NCBI GenBank assembly: GCA_013239625.1
Contig: MU054323.1
Span: 13,687,950 to 13,751,949 of the forward strand
DNA length: 64,000 nt
Reading direction: 5' to 3'
Origin: Lama guanicoe
Lineage: Eukaryota
The position numbers and the translations under genes are program-made. The notes beneath the pieces were generated by a model. That model worked only from the letters and a program-made list of their open reading frames with translations, was not told the DNA's origin and searched no databases. Each line of letters starts with the position of its first letter. Within the stretch, counting starts at the first letter, position 1. This document shows positions 1 to 14,096 of the stretch, in pieces.

Positions 1-1949
1 GCCTGTTTTTCCCCTCTAAATGAGAAACTCTTAGGATTTCATGTGATTTACGTTCTAATTTTCATCTTTGAACTTATCTTTCCTTGGTCTCTCAAGGGTT
101 CTGAAGGTTGATATCCAGAAGCTTGAGAACTAAGCCCTCTATAAAGTATTCATGGCAGAAGCAACGGTCTTCTCAAAGTCTGGAGAAGTTAGTTTCTGAT
201 CTGCAGAGATAATATTAGGGCAAATATTTAGGTGCCCCCAAAATAGAAGCTAAGTTTGTGTAAACAGTGAAACCCAAATATAGAGTTGAAGTGGAGTTTA
301 AGGTCTTCATCCATGTAAAAGATTCCTAATTAAGTAATGTTAGGATCAAATAGAAGAATATTTTTAGAAATTAATGCGATACTTTTAGTAATACGGAGCT
401 AGTATTAAACAGTGCTCACAAGCTTTTAAATGCTCTTATGTTTGACAAGATTTTGGTATAGGACAGGATATATAAATAACCAAGTTAAGCAGATTCCCTA
501 AATTGTCTACACAAACGTTCTGTGGTGGAGGCAAGAAGCAATGAAACATTTATTTGCTTGTGGCTCCTTTGGAACAATCTGTCATCTGCAATATGAGAAT
601 TTTATTTACTATACCTTCCAAAACTAAGACAGAACTTGAATAAAGATGTAGATGTGAGCCCTGTTCCTGCAGCCCCGCCCCCCAGAGTTTGCAATGAGCC
701 AGGCTTGCTCTTTAGGAGCTGTCTTACTGGGGCCAACAATCACAGAACTGATTTAAGAGGGTCCCAGGTGCCAAGAAGGAGACTAAATTAACTGATATTT
801 TAAAAATACCTGAAGTTATTTTTTCTGTCATCTTCCTAATTTGCTGATCAACACATTTAGGCAAACTATGAGTGTATGTGTGTGTGGGTATGTACATGTG
901 ACCTCTTGCTTTTTGTTCATTCCCTATTTGCAGGTTTTGTAATTAATTTTTTTCTCTTTAAATCCTGTTCTAGGTGTTTATTTAGACTAAAGTATTATGG
1001 GCATGGAAGTGTGTGTGTGTGTATAGAGACATGGCTGGAGGGAGGCAAGGATATGAGCTTACTGTGTGATTCAGTGCAGGGTCCACCCCTTCTTCATTTT
1101 GAGTTAACTTATGGACACAGTATGTCTTTGAAAAATTATACCCATCGGAACTGAGGGTGAGGAAGGATTTTGAATGTGAGAACTGCTTGATTTTCCTTCC
1201 TTCACGCTTCAGTACGGAGAGCCCTGTATGTGGCAGCCTTATTGATGGAGTCAGTTACTCTTCTATATACTCATCTGTCAGGGAGGGAGAGAGAACTGCT
1301 CCCTACTTGTTATTAGCATCAGTGCCCCCCCCCCCGTAAGAGCCATGCATGAATAAGCATGGCATTGGAATTCAGTTCTTTTCCTTTCTGTGCTTGAAGA
1401 ACAGTAGAGAACTAAGAGTCAACCTGACATTTTTCTAGTCAAATGTGCCTCAGTATTAGTCCCTGAATTTTACTAAATGATTGGCTCTTCCCTGACTGAT
1501 GGGAGGACCTCAGCCTTTCCTTCAAGTCTTTGCACTTTTAATATACTTCTTAGTTCTTAGGTGAGGTCTTCTGTGTTCTCACAAACTGGCCCTTTGCTCC
1601 CTTTTGCTACTGGACTAGTTTATGTCATGCTGTTGCTGCCAGGATGCTTGCAATCTGATGAGATGTTGCTGCTCTGCCTTGGGACCCTGCCTGTTGAGAT
1701 TGGTGGTCTTTTTCAGCCACCATGCTGCTTGATAATTTCTTCTGGTGCAGATTCCTTCCCTTCAAGGGTCCAGACACACAGTTTCTTGGTCCTGATACTG
1801 CTGCACCATCCTGGCAGTCTGTTTACACCAGAGGGGTTGTGGTAGACTGCTGTTAATGCTTATCCAGTTTCTCACTCTCTTCATCCTACTTGTGGACATA
1901 TCCCTCCCTCTTCTGTCTGGTCCAGTGAGATTGTTAATCACAGTGCCTT

Positions 1950-2230
1950 GTGTACATGTGGCTTGCAGGTGTCCTCATGATCCAAGCTAGGATAAATGAC
2001 TCTGTCTTTAGGAAATTTGCACCTTGAATGGAGGGACATAGTGTTGGAAGGTTGTTGTTATCCCAATGATACTGCCTCCAAGAAACTGTGAGATTTTTGA
2101 CAGTGTCCCCAGGGTTACTCTGCTTTTTTGTCCTTCCTGGGTTTAGGTGGATTGGCTTTCCTTCTTCAGCTAAAATATCCAGAGCCAGTTTTGGTTGCTT
2201 AAAACCAGTTAACTGTAACTGATAACACAG
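1950..2230. mobile_element. Old MaLR (MLT1-like) LTR remnant
   Basis: Reverse complement reads tgttatcagttacagttaactggttttaagcaaccaaaactggctct...cctagcttggatcatg, resembling degraded MLT1J/K/L sequence; recalled similarity only. Confidence 0.35.
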
Positions 2231-2819
2231 GGGAATGGTTACCTCTCTGATCACTTAGCATAAGTTGCAACAGGTTACTTGGCTATAAGTAGATTTCATG
2301 AGTGCCTATTTAGGTTATAACTACAACTTCTGTCTTTCCAGAGGATTACTGATTTCCTAGGTGAGTGGGTAAGAGGCTCAGGTGACATCCATGTGCTATA
2401 ATCAAGATAACTGCTTCCTTCTAACCCCAAACCCTACTACTGAGGCTTTCTTTTATAGTGATTCTCCACTGAGGGCATAAGGTTCAGTGGACAAATGATT
2501 ACCTGGAGATATAAGTAACTTGAGAAAGTATATTCATTTCTAAGTAATTATATGAGTTATAAACTTGATATATCCCATCCCACAGTGGATTCTCTTTTTC
2601 TAGTCCTGATGGTTCCTTTTTTCACAATTTGTCTCTTTTCACTTCCCCCCTTCCTCCACCAGTTTTCTCCAGTTAAATTGTTGTGGTGACCACCAGAGTG
2701 CTTTGCCTAGATGTAACCTCATCTCATGTGAACTAATGGATACAATAGATGTGGCAGGAGGAAGGTATTACCTAACTCCACACAACTGTTTCCAAAGTCA
2801 TAGGCTGTACCCAGCAAAG

Positions 2820-3060
2820 GCACTGTTACGTTGTGTTTATTATGTCACTAACCCCAGTACTACCAGTATTGTGCTAAGTAATTATATGTGTTTTTATGTG
2901 TCTCAACAACCTAGAGTTAGCTAGTATTTTCTTCTCCCATCAGTATTTTAGGGTTTTATAAATGAGAAAATTGAGGTTCAGTGTCGTTGAGTGTGGTTAT
3001 AGATGTTAGTTGTATTTGAATTCTTGATTTAGATCAAAAGCCTATACTTCCCTTGCCACT
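2820..3060 (-). mobile_element. MIR SINE
   Basis: MIR core motif ttttataaatgagaaaattgaggttcag preceded by tctcaacaacct. Confidence 0.6.
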
Positions 3061-3901
3061 GCTCTTCACTTATTTAACTCCATTTTACAAACTGAAGGCG
3101 TCATAGGATCTGAAGATGATTAAATAAACAGATTACATTTGGTCACCGTTACCAAATAATTCACCATTTAGCAAAAGAAAGAACCAGTTTGAACACCAAC
3201 CATAATAAGAGTACACTATTAAGGGCATGGGCAAAATTTTCTGGAAGCCCAGAGGAGGGAAAATTAATTCCACCTGGGTTTGGATCATGAAGGAAGGCTT
3301 GCTGGAGGAGGTGACTTGTGGATTGGAATTTGAAGATAAATAGGAATCTACTGGGCTGAAACTCTCTTGACCCTGCTTGGCTCTGATACTCTGCGCTTGG
3401 CAGCTGTGAACTTCTATCACCAGCAGGAAGTGTGAATGGGCACCTTGCTTGGAGTCTCCTAATGACTTCTAGACTGAATTATTTAAAAAGAGAATAGAAG
3501 GTAAGTGATCTGGAAGAAGGGAAGAAAAGAGAAAGGAGGGACGGGGAGGGAAAAAACTCGAGAAGGGTAAGGATGAAAGATGAGAAAGGGTGAGAAGGGA
3601 AGAAGAAAAGAATGGGAAGAGGGAAATTGTGTTTGAGCTTACAGTTCTTCCATTTTTAGCTAGTGCATATTATTCCATTGCATGAAAGGCCCACTGGTTA
3701 TTCTTCCACTGAGGGAGAGTTAGATTGCTTCTACTTTTTGCTCTTAAATATTTGGATCAAATCTTTAATATAAATGCAGTTATGAGAACACCAGAAAATA
3801 AATGGCATAGGACTTCATTTTTGAACCCCTGGTCTCTTCTTACATTCATCCATCCATCCATCCATCTTTCTTTTCTTTCTTTTTCTCTCTTGCATATTTT
3901 C

Positions 3902-4159
3902 TTTCTCTCTCTCTGTCTCTCTCTGTTGAAGTAAAGTCAGTTTACAATATTGTATCAATTTCTGGTTTACAGCATAAAGTTTCAGTCATACATATACCTA
4001 CATATATTCATTTTCACATTCTTTTTCATTATACATTACTACAAGATATTGAATACAGTTCCCTGTGCTATACAGCATAAACTTGTTTATCTATTTTATA
4101 TATAGTAATTAGTGTCTGCAATTCTCGATCTCCCAATGTATCCCTTTCTACCCTCTTTT
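3902..4159 (-). mobile_element. 5'-truncated lineage-specific L1 3' UTR fragment
   Basis: ttgaagtaaagtcagtttacaatattgt...gttccctgtgctatacag is a cetartiodactyl-type L1 3' end; flanked by the 12-bp direct repeat ttgcatattttc (3890-3901 and 4160-4171). Confidence 0.85.
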
Positions 4160-4744
4160 TTGCATATTTTCCATTTAGGAATCTGCTCCATTTTTGTCTT
4201 CCTTAGGAATAGCCCTGAGTTTTAGAATAAATTCATTGAGTTATCTAATCTTGTATAGCTATGTTTGAACATTCCAGGGCCATCTCCTCATATTAGACTG
4301 ATGGCTTAGATAAACCTTGAAGTTTTAAAGATGACTTGGATGTAAACTTTAGCAACTGAAAAAAAAGCACTTTAAATTCTAAGTTTAGAGTTTACTTGCA
4401 GCTCTAGTTCTCATTGGAACTTGTGTGTTTTATTTAGAACTATACAAGACTCTTGGGAGAAGTATTTTTAAGGAATGGCTCAGAGGGTTAGATGAGGACT
4501 GAGAGTGGAATAGCTAAAATTAAACATTCCCAGAGTGGTTTTGTATGTCATCTAGAAGTTTCTTCACTTTTAGTGAACACTTTTTTTTCAAAAATAGGAT
4601 AGTTTGATAGATGCTAAACTTTTACATAAAAACATACAATATTATTCTGGAATTAATTGGTATCTTCCTCAGTTTTAGCATAGCTTTTAGAACTTTATAT
4701 ATTTCTTCATCCTTTCCCTTACTTATCTTTCTCTTTTTCTCTCT

Positions 4745-5250
4745 CAGTCACTCAACATATATTTGTTCATCACTGACTATATACTAAGCATTGTTCTAGG
4801 TCCTGGAGATATAGCAGTCAATGAAAGAGACATAATTACTACCCTCATGGAGATTATGGGTTACTAGGGGAGATAAGGGAGTAAGCAAGAAAACTAAATT
4901 TTATTTGTGTGTGTGTATATATGTGTGTGTGTGTGTGTGTGTGTTAGATTGTTATAAGTGCAGTGGAGTAAAATAAGTGGGGAAAGGGGATAGGAAGGGT
5001 TGGGATGTAGTGGGGAAATTTTAGATAAAGTGGTGACATGGGAAACTCATTCTGGGCAGAGATAGCAAGTGTAAAGGACCATGATATGTGAGTGTCCCTA
5101 GCAAGTTTAAGGAAGAGCACGGAGGTCAGTGTGGTTTGTAGAGTGATAGAAGGAAGAGTAGTAGGAGACAAGATCAGAGTGCAGACTTTGAGGCCTTGTA
5201 GATCATTGTTAGGACCTTGCATTTTGCACTGAGTGAAATGGGAAGCCATC
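4745..5250 (-). mobile_element. L2 3' end, containing a (TG)n microsatellite at ~4906-4943
   Basis: cactcaacatatatttg...gttctaggtcctggagatatagcagt...ctcatggag...gagtgaaatgggaagcca is typical of L2. Confidence 0.8.
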
Positions 5251-5379
5251 ATCTTGGCCTCCTAGTATCTTATCTGCCTTACTTCTAATGGTCTTTTTCT
5301 TCACTCCTTTACTGTTACCTTCAAAATTTCCATTTCCATTTCCATCTGACCATCTGCCTTCTATCTTTTCTGTTTTATT

Positions 5380-6290
5380 GTCATATTTCACCTCTAACTA
5401 TTTGCAACTACATTAGGACATTTTCTCTATTGACTGCACACTTTTTCCACTATTTGTTGCCTTCACCTTGTCTTCTCTCCCTCTTACCCAGCTTAGAATC
5501 CTGTATATGTCACGTCAGTCACTTTTTGCATGTACCCTTGACTTCTGGGCTTCTTTCTTCCTCTATTGTACTCAACTTAGAAAAGACCCAACCCTGCTTG
5601 AACCCACTCCACCCATTCTGCATGTCTGCCCCCTGGGCTGAATACACCTGAGACAAAGTATCTAACCATGTGATTGGCCTTTGAATTTATGACCATAAAT
5701 CCCAAGTGAACTGATTGAACATGGTCTAGCAATCCTAATTATTTCCCTCTTCTCTTTGTTACTATTCCATGCTCCCCAGAGACTAATTTTTCATCTTAAC
5801 TACCTTCTTCAAACCTTTAACATCCTTCATCATTTCTTACTTTCACTGATAATTTTGATTTTTGCTTCACTGAGCAAATAATGAACATAGATGTCCTTCC
5901 TCTTTGCGTCATCAAATCTTCCAGCCTATCTACAGCTATACGTTTATGCTCTGCCCTTCATTTTACAGAGGAAGAACTGTTCTTGCTTTCCTAAGGCCAA
6001 CTACCCTGTTGCCTCTCACAGATATTGCTCCTCAAATTGTTTCCTCTCTCTCCAGCAATAGGAGTTTTTTTTTCCTTTTAACAGAATCACCATACATATT
6101 AGAATATACCCCAAGCAAACAAATAAATCCTTCCTTAACCCCACACCCTCTTATAACAGGAACCTATTTCTTCCTTTCTCTTTGTAATAAAACTCTTCCA
6201 AAGATTGTTCATGCTTGTTGTCTCAACTTTTTCCTCTTTCATTCTTTTTGGAACACAGTAATAAAAATTTTATCCTCACCATATCTCTAA
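5380..6290 (+). mobile_element. L2 internal fragment
   Basis: C/T-rich L2-like sequence such as aaaagacccaaccctgcttgaacccac, tttgcttcactgagcaaat, aaaactcttccaaagattgt. Confidence 0.65.
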
Positions 6291-6479
6291 TTGGCTTATT
6301 ATTCACTAATATTGATAATGAGATATGCATCTTATAAAATATCTTTTAGTATCTAACAAAATTTTGTGATTTATCTCCTTTAAACTTACTGTGGTAAGTA
6401 TACTAATACATATGGGCTATTTTGTCAATTCTACTTTTTTGTTTTCTAATTTACTAATTACTATTTTATTAAAACTTTT

Positions 6480-8300
6480 TTCTTAAGTTACAGTATTATT
6501 TACCTTCTGATATGCATACATCTTAAATCTAATGAATTTTACCCTTGTATACACCCATGTTACTTACCCCACAGGCCAAGTTATAGAACTTTCATCACCC
6601 CAGAAAGTTCTTTTGTGCCTCTTGCTTATGAATACCACACCACCACTTGCCAAGAGATAATTATTGTCCTGGTTTCTATCACCATAAATTGAAATGGACT
6701 ATTTTTGAACTTCTGATAAGTGGGTATTACAGTGAGGGTCTTTTTTTGAGTAAAAAGCTTCTTTTGCTCAACATACTGTTTTCAAAATTTGTTTATGTTG
6801 TTGAGTGTATCTCTTCATTTTAAGTTTATTTTCATGCTTGCTTTATGTATATTTTGTTTTCTGATTCAATGGTTAAATTTTATTTGGTAATGTGGTTCAA
6901 GATGTAGATCTTCTTTGCGGTACAGTGTTAATTTCCCCCTTAGGTTTTGGTAAGTGTTGCCTTTATGCTTGTTTCTGATTTCTTTGCCATTGCATTTTGA
7001 TTCATTCTTTGACCCAAGAGTTGTATAGATGAATTTATCCTAAAAAGCTTTAAGTATCTGGAATTCTAGTTCATACCTCTGTTATGGATTTCTAGTTTTA
7101 TTGTATTTTGGTCAGAAAATTTGTTTTGTGCCATTTCTATTAAAAGTCGTATTGAGATTTTCTTTAGTACATAACTATATTCTCATTAAAAATATTCCAT
7201 GGGTCCCCTGAGAGAGTACTTTTTTTGTTTCTTAAGAACCCATGAAAACTTTATAAAGATTGATAAACTAGAAAAGCTGAATGATAAAGTAAACAAAGAT
7301 AATGGCATACGTTTTCCCTCAGTCTATATGTATTATTCCTTTGTCTTCTGGTATTTAATGTTGTTGCAAAGTGTGAGTTTAGCTTGATTTCTTTTTTCTT
7401 TTGCAGATTCTCTGTTCTGCCTAATTACTTATAGAGTTTTTTACTTAGAAATGCAATAACTTCACCATGTTTCTGTTTCAATGACTTGCTAATAATTTTT
7501 ACTTATGTGTGTAAATCCTTTTAATCTGAAGGTTCCTATCTTCTATTTTAGAAAATGGTTTTCTCTTATCACTCAGTATTTTTCCATTCTGCTTACTCTG
7601 CTTTTTTCTTCAGGACTACAGTTTGTATACTGGATGTCCATTATCTTTATTTCATACCATCGTTTTATCTCTAATAACTTTTATGCTTTTCCTTTGTGTT
7701 CTGTGCTCATTCTCAAGCCAGTCCTCCACTTCACTGTTTTTACAAATGTTTAACTTCCTACTGCCACTAAAGTGGTTTTCATTATGTGATGTTTTTATTA
7801 ATCTTATTTTCCCTTTTTATTTTCTTATATTGTGTGTCTCATCATTGATCTCATAAATCTCTTCCTTGATGTCCATTTTTGTGAAGTATGTACTCTTTGA
7901 CTTTTTTAAGACCTTGAGAAAATCTTACCTAGAAAAGTTTTTTGTTCTATAGGAAGTGTTACTTGGAATAACTGTCCTTCCAGTGTTTATTCTTTATCTT
8001 CCTTTTGCTTATTCGTATTTTTTCTTCTTTCTCTTACTCTTTTTTCCCCCTCCTGTTTTTGGTTTTGCTTTGGTGTGAACTCTGCACAGATGCCATGTTT
8101 GAAAGTACCTTACTTATCTCCTTTGAATGGGGCAATGCTCTTTGGCCCGTTATTTACTCAAGAAGTGGAGACTGAGATTGTCCTTCCTTCTAAATCATTC
8201 TTCTCCCACTTTATTTGGAAACTTAAAAATTATGACACTGGACTTTGAAGAGGAGGGTTCAACTCTGTTTAGTCCTTCGTTTGAGGGATGGAGGGATTAA
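6480..8300 (-). mobile_element. Ancient L1 (L1ME/HAL1-like) fragments
   Basis: L1M 3' motifs (tatacacccatgt, atcaccccagaaagttc, ttttgctcaacata) followed by T-rich L1-like antisense sequence. Confidence 0.6.
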
Positions 8301-10470
8301 TAGGAAGTCTTAATTTCCAGTGTATTGTCTTTATATTCTTTGACATTACATATGATGAATCCTCTGTCCTAGAGCCCATTTTGCCTCGGCTTCTGCTGAC
8401 TCCGTACTTCAGGTCAGTGGTTCACTCTGTACGAGACTGGGTGCGTGGGGATCCGTGGGACTCATTGTCAAGACCTTTTGTTTGCTGGTGTAGAGGCCAT
8501 TTAATTCAGCCAAGCAGAAATTTTGGCTTCTGTTTATTGTTCCTCCTCACCTCTAGATTTTTTCATATATAGATAGTTGGATCAAGAAAAAGTAAGAATA
8601 AAATAGCCCCACCACTCCAGCACATAGATGTTGCTCAGTAACTATTTGTTAAAATAGTGCATGCAGTTTTTTCCTATTGATTGCTCACAACTCCTGTCCC
8701 CATTTTTAAAGGCACAGGATTTGGGGTAGGACATGTAAGGACTCTCTTCTTTTTTGAAGAGAATCTGCCTTTTTCTTAAGAGGTGTGGATCAAGCCCACG
8801 TGGTTGGTTTCTATGCATCCTTCTTTGACTTGGTGTGAGTTTTCCTACACAGACATTCATTATGGTCTCTGTTACGGTGTTTTCACCATCCCCTAGTTAC
8901 ATCATGGATGACATTTTTCTGGCTCTATTTCGGTTGTTAGCCATTTCAGTGGTTTCTGGGAAGGGAACTAAATAAATATGCATTCATTCTATCACATTTT
9001 AGCAAAAATTATCAAGTTGTTACTTTAAAACAAAATATAAACAGTGAAACAACTATTCCCTTGGGACAAGTTTAGAAAACTATTTGAGATGAATGTCACC
9101 TACATTTCTAAAGTCTCCTTGTTGCTAGTAGTCTGCTGTTCTGATTTCTGCCCTTCCAGAATTCATGAGGTCCTCAATGAATGACTAATCAGCAGGTTTT
9201 TGACCCATTTAAATTTTTGACTTTTGGGATATGTGTTTCTGTGGATAAGTGACTGTTCTCTCATCATTTTTACTCAAGCCTCTTAATGCCTTGGGTTTAT
9301 TAGCTCCTTTTCAAGTTGTTATCTTTTTTGCATCCTAAATCCCAGTTTCCTGCTTTATATACCCAGGTCAACCATTTCTCATGGTCTGAGTGTAGAGCTT
9401 ACTTGTAAGGATGACCTACCACTCTGCATTTACTTATTCTTTGTTTTTTTCCAGTTTCATTTTTCTTATTTCCTGTTTTTCCATTTCTTTTTTTTTCATT
9501 AAAATTTGTTTCCAGTTTTATTAAAACCACCATTTTTTTTGCAAATGGATGACGCATTGTTTACTCACATGGTTTGATATAACCAGATTCACATAGTAAT
9601 ATTTGGTAAGAATTGATTTATGATTTCAGTGTCTGAAATTGTCCACATATTTTTTCTTTTTTGTATTACTTTTGTGTCATGGGGAACAAAATGATAAGGC
9701 CAGAGCAGTCTTAGGGGCAAAATGGCAGAGTTAGAAGCTTCACTCCAAGGCCATGCTTTGAGAAATCTGGGTGGTGGAAGCTCCTGGGGCCATCCCTGCC
9801 CAGACTCTGCAGGACTCTGCTTAGGGACCCCAGCTCCAGCCCTAGCTCTAACTCCTCTGCAGTTTATGTCATCCCTGGCTGGATTTTCCTGCTCTCTGCA
9901 GTCATCTTATCTTTTCTCACCACTTTTATAACAGTGTCCTTTGCATGCAGCTCTTTCTGAGGACCTAGAAGCACAATTTTGTGTCAGTCTTCATTAACTT
10001 CCTTACAGGTATGAATAGGCAGGTTGGCCTTGTCCTCAGGCAGTCTCCATCCTTTGTAGGGGCTTGGGGAGGTGTCCAAAGTAAAGGGTAGATGGTTGGT
10101 CTTTGTCTGTGATGTCAAGAGAGAGTATTTTTAAGGCCCTTCTCCTCTGTTTCCTTCTTTATGAAGTAACCTATCCCTCACCCATCCTCTCAGAATTTAT
10201 GATCTGCTTTCTTTGGGGCTTCTTAACCTTCTCTATTTTCAACTAGCATAGTCTGTCCTTACCACAGTGACTTGGGATCATTTGCCTGGGGGTCATTTTA
10301 CCATATTCTCTCTCCCAGTGTTCATAATAGAATATAGAATATAATTATAATTGAATTATGTAATATAAATTGAATACAGATGTTTCTTGGATGAATGAAT
10401 GGCAGAGACCAGCTCTGTCCTTTGGAACCCTTTGACTTTAGGAGGCTGACTGAGGCACTTAAGTGGAGAA

Positions 10471-10500
10471 GGAGGAGGAGGAGGAGGAGGAGGAGGAGGA
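10471..10500 (+). repeat. (GGA)10 microsatellite
   Basis: Ten perfect GGA units read directly. Confidence 0.97.
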
Positions 10501-11084
10501 GATGGTAGAATATTTATGGTGGGAAATTTGGGTTGCATTTCATTCAGAGCATCACATTCAGAGATCTCAGCCTGAAGTCAGCCAAGGGCACAGGCATTAA
10601 GGATACCCAGGAAAGGAATTTCTGATTATGAGGTTCCTGGAAGGTGAAGCACATGGGCTTTGAGATGACTAAGGAAGGAGTGTGAGACACATATGGGGTT
10701 GGGGTTATTGGCTCTGAGAGGGCAAGGTGTGGTGGCTGGGGAAAGCAGTCTTCAGGCAGGCTGCAGGTTCATGGCTCTGTCTCATTAAGTCTGAAGAACC
10801 CTGGCATGTAGGTGTAAACCATGGCAAAAGAACTAGAGTGCCTCCCTGTGAGCCTTCAATGTCTGTGCTTTCTCGGCCTTTGCTGCATGCCCTGGAGATC
10901 CAGAAGCCAAGGATGAAACTCATACTTCTACAGTTCTTTATGCCATGGCTTTACTGTGCCCTGGGTTTGGCTTTCTTCTGTTCATAGTGGCTGGTGAGTG
11001 TCCTGGGGCTAGTACCCCTCTCCCTGCCCTCTGCTTGAATTTAGGAGATGTTCTTATGAGGCCTTCTCTGTGTACACTCTAGAG

Positions 11085-11292
11085 CATAGTGTTGTTCAAA
11101 CTATGGTCACTGGCTACATCTGGCTGTTTAATTTTAATTAATTGAAATAAATTTAAAAATTCAGATCCTTAGTCACACTAGTCACATTTCAAATGTTTAA
11201 TAACCACAGTATTATGTGTCTAGTGTCTACCACATTGGACAGTGCAGATATAGAAATTTCTTTCATTGTTGCAAAAGTTCTTAATAGCACTG
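11085..11292. mobile_element. hAT-Charlie MITE (MER3/MER33-like)
   Basis: tagtcacactagtcacatttcaaatg...ctaccacattggacagtgcag motifs; 8-bp TSD-like pair ctctagag (11077-11084) and ctctggag (11293-11300). Confidence 0.85.
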
Positions 11293-11334
11293 CTCTGGAG
11301 CCTCAACCCAATTCTCTATTCTTGTCCTTCTTAT

Positions 11335-14093
11335 TCTTTTTATTTTGCTAGCTTTATTGAGATTTAATTGACAATGACATATGTTTAAGTTCTACATACT
11401 GATTTGATATACTTCCAGATTGTGAGATGATTACTAGTAGGATGAGTTAACATCTCTATCACCTCACGTAATTACCATTTCTTTTTTTGTGTTGAGAACA
11501 CTTAAGATTTATTGTGTTAGCAAATTTCAAGTATATAATACAGTATTGTTACTTATAATCACCATGCTGTGCATTAAATTCCTCAGAAGTTGTTCATCTT
11601 ACAACTAGAAGTTTGTGCCTTTGAACAATATCTTCCCATTTCCCCTATCCCCTTACCCCTGGCAACCAGCATTCTACTCTTTGTTTCTAGGAGTTCAGCT
11701 TTTTAATAGTCCATATATATGATATCATAAGGTGTTTGTTGTCCACTGTGTGATGCTTTACTTAGCATAAGTTTCCTAAGTTTCATTCACATGGTTGCAA
11801 ATAGCAGAATTTCCTTCTTTCTCATGGCTGAATAATATTCCTGTATACAAATATCATATCTTCTTTATACATTCATCCATAGATGGACAGTAAGGATTGT
11901 TTCCATATCTTGGCTATTGTGAATAATGCTGCAGTCAGCATGGTAATGCAGATAACTTGTTGAGATCCTGTTTTCATTTCTGTTGGATATATACCCAGAA
12001 GTAGAATTGCTGGATCATATAATAGTTTTATTTTTAATTTTTAAAGGAATCTCCATACTGTTTTCTATAGTAGCTGCACTAATTTACATTCCTACCAATA
12101 GTGCACAAGAATTTCTTTTTATCCACAACTTTGCCAGAATTTATTCCTTCTCTTTTTGATAGCCATTCTAAAAGGTGTGAGGTGGTGTCTCATTGTGGCT
12201 TTGATTTGCATTTCCCTGATGATTCAGTGAATGTTGAGCACCTTTTAATGTACCTTTTGGAAAGATATCTGTTCAGTTCTTTTGTTCATTTTTTAATCAG
12301 ATTTTTTTGAGTATTGAGATGTATGTGTTCTTTATTTGTTTTGTATATTTACCTCTTATCAGGTACATGGTTTGCAAAAATTTTCTCTTATTCCATAGGT
12401 TACCTTTTCATTTTGTTGATGGTTTCATTTGCTTGTGCAAAGCTTTTTAGTTTGATATAGTCTGACTTTTTATTACTGTCACTTTTTCTTTTGTTGCCTT
12501 TGCTTTTGGTGTCAAATCCAAGAAGTCATGGCAAAGATGACATCAAGGAACTTACCCCCATTTTTTTTTTCTGGGAGTTTTGGTTTCAAGCTTTATATTC
12601 AAGTCTTTAACCATTTTGAATTGATTTTTGTGAATGGTATAAGATATGGGTCTAGTTTTAGTCTTTTGCAGGTGGCTATCCAGGTTCTCCTGTACAATTT
12701 ATTGAAGAGACTTGTTTTACCCATTGTATATTGTTGGCTTCTTTGTCATAAATTAATTGTACTTACATGCATAGGTTTACTTTTGGGCTTACTGTTGTGT
12801 ACTATTAATCTGTATGTTTGTTTTTATGCCATTACCATACTATTTTGATTACTGTTGCTCTGTAATGTAGTCTGAAATAAAGAAATGTGATGCCTCCAGC
12901 TTTGTTATTCTTTCTAAAGCTTTCTTTGGCTGTTTGGGGCTTTTTGTGGTTCCATTCGTATTTTAGTATTTTTTTTTTTCTATTTCTGTGAAAAATGCCA
13001 CTGAAGTTTTGGTAGGATTGCGTTGAACTTCCAGATGGCTCTGGGTAGTAAGGACATTTTAGTAATATGATCTATGAATATGAAATATTTTTCCATTTAT
13101 TTTTGTGTTTTTCAGTTTCTTTCATCAATACCTTATAGATTTAAATGTACAGATATTTTATCTCCTTGTTTACATTTATTCCTAAACATTTCATTGTCTG
13201 ATGACTTGTGAATGGGATTGTTTTCTTAACTTCTTTTTCTGATAGTTGCTTAGCTTATACAGACATAACTGACTTCTTACATTGATTTGTATCCTTTAAC
13301 TTTTTGGAATTTATTAGGACTAATAATTTTTTTGGTGGAATCTTTAGCGTTTTATATGTGTAACATCATCTGCAAATAGACAGTTTTACTTCTTTCTTTC
13401 TGATTTCAATGCTTCTTATTTCTTTTTCCTGCCTAATTACTTTGGATAGGAATTCCAGGACTATGTTGATTAAGAATGGTGGGTGTGGGCATCCTTGTCA
13501 TATTCCTTATCTTAGAGGAAAATGTTTCATCCAGCAATTTCACTGTTGAGTATGATGTTAGCTGTGGATTTGTTTTATATGGTTTTATTATGTTGGGGTA
13601 TGTTCCTTCTAAACCCAGTTTGAGAGTTTTTATCATGAAAGGATGCTAAATTTTGTCACAGGCTTTTCTGCATCTACTGAGATGAGTATATAGTTTTTAT
13701 TCTTCATTTTGTTAATGTGGTGTATCACAGTGATTGATTTGCAGATGTTGGACCATCCTGTATCTTTGGAATAAATTCCACTTGCTCAGGGAGAATGATC
13801 CTTTCAATATACTGTTGAATTTGGTTTGCTAATATCTTGTGAGGATTTTTGCATCTTTGTTCATCAGGGATACTTCCCTGTAATTTTTTTTTGTGTTTTT
13901 TTTTCTCTGGTTCTGGTATCAGGATAATGCTGGCCTTGTAAAATGGATTTGGAAGTCTTCCTCCCTCTTGTATGTTTTTGTAAGAGAGTGAGAAGGGTTG
14001 ATAATCATTTTTCTTTAAATGTTTGGTCGAATTCACTAGTGAATTCTTTTGTTTGCTGAGAGATTTTTGATTACTGATTTGATCTCCTTACTA
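11335..14093 (-). mobile_element. L1 (L1MA/L1MB-age), 3' UTR plus decayed ORF2, about 2.75 kb
   Basis: Continuous antisense L1; ORF track 13725..14036 gives LPNPFYKASIILIPEP...KILANQIQQYIERII (ORF2 RT-proximal) and 13433..13636 gives [18 protein letters not shown]; multiple frameshifts. Confidence 0.95.
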
Positions 14094-14096
14094 GTA

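Noticed and set aside
10356..10538. Polyproline protein ORF
   Set aside because: Antisense reading of the (GGA)10 microsatellite
10945..11100. T-cell receptor or immunoglobulin V gene suggested by the 49-nt leader-like exon
   Set aside because: No V-domain exon (conserved Cys, Trp, YxC) or recombination signal sequence found downstream
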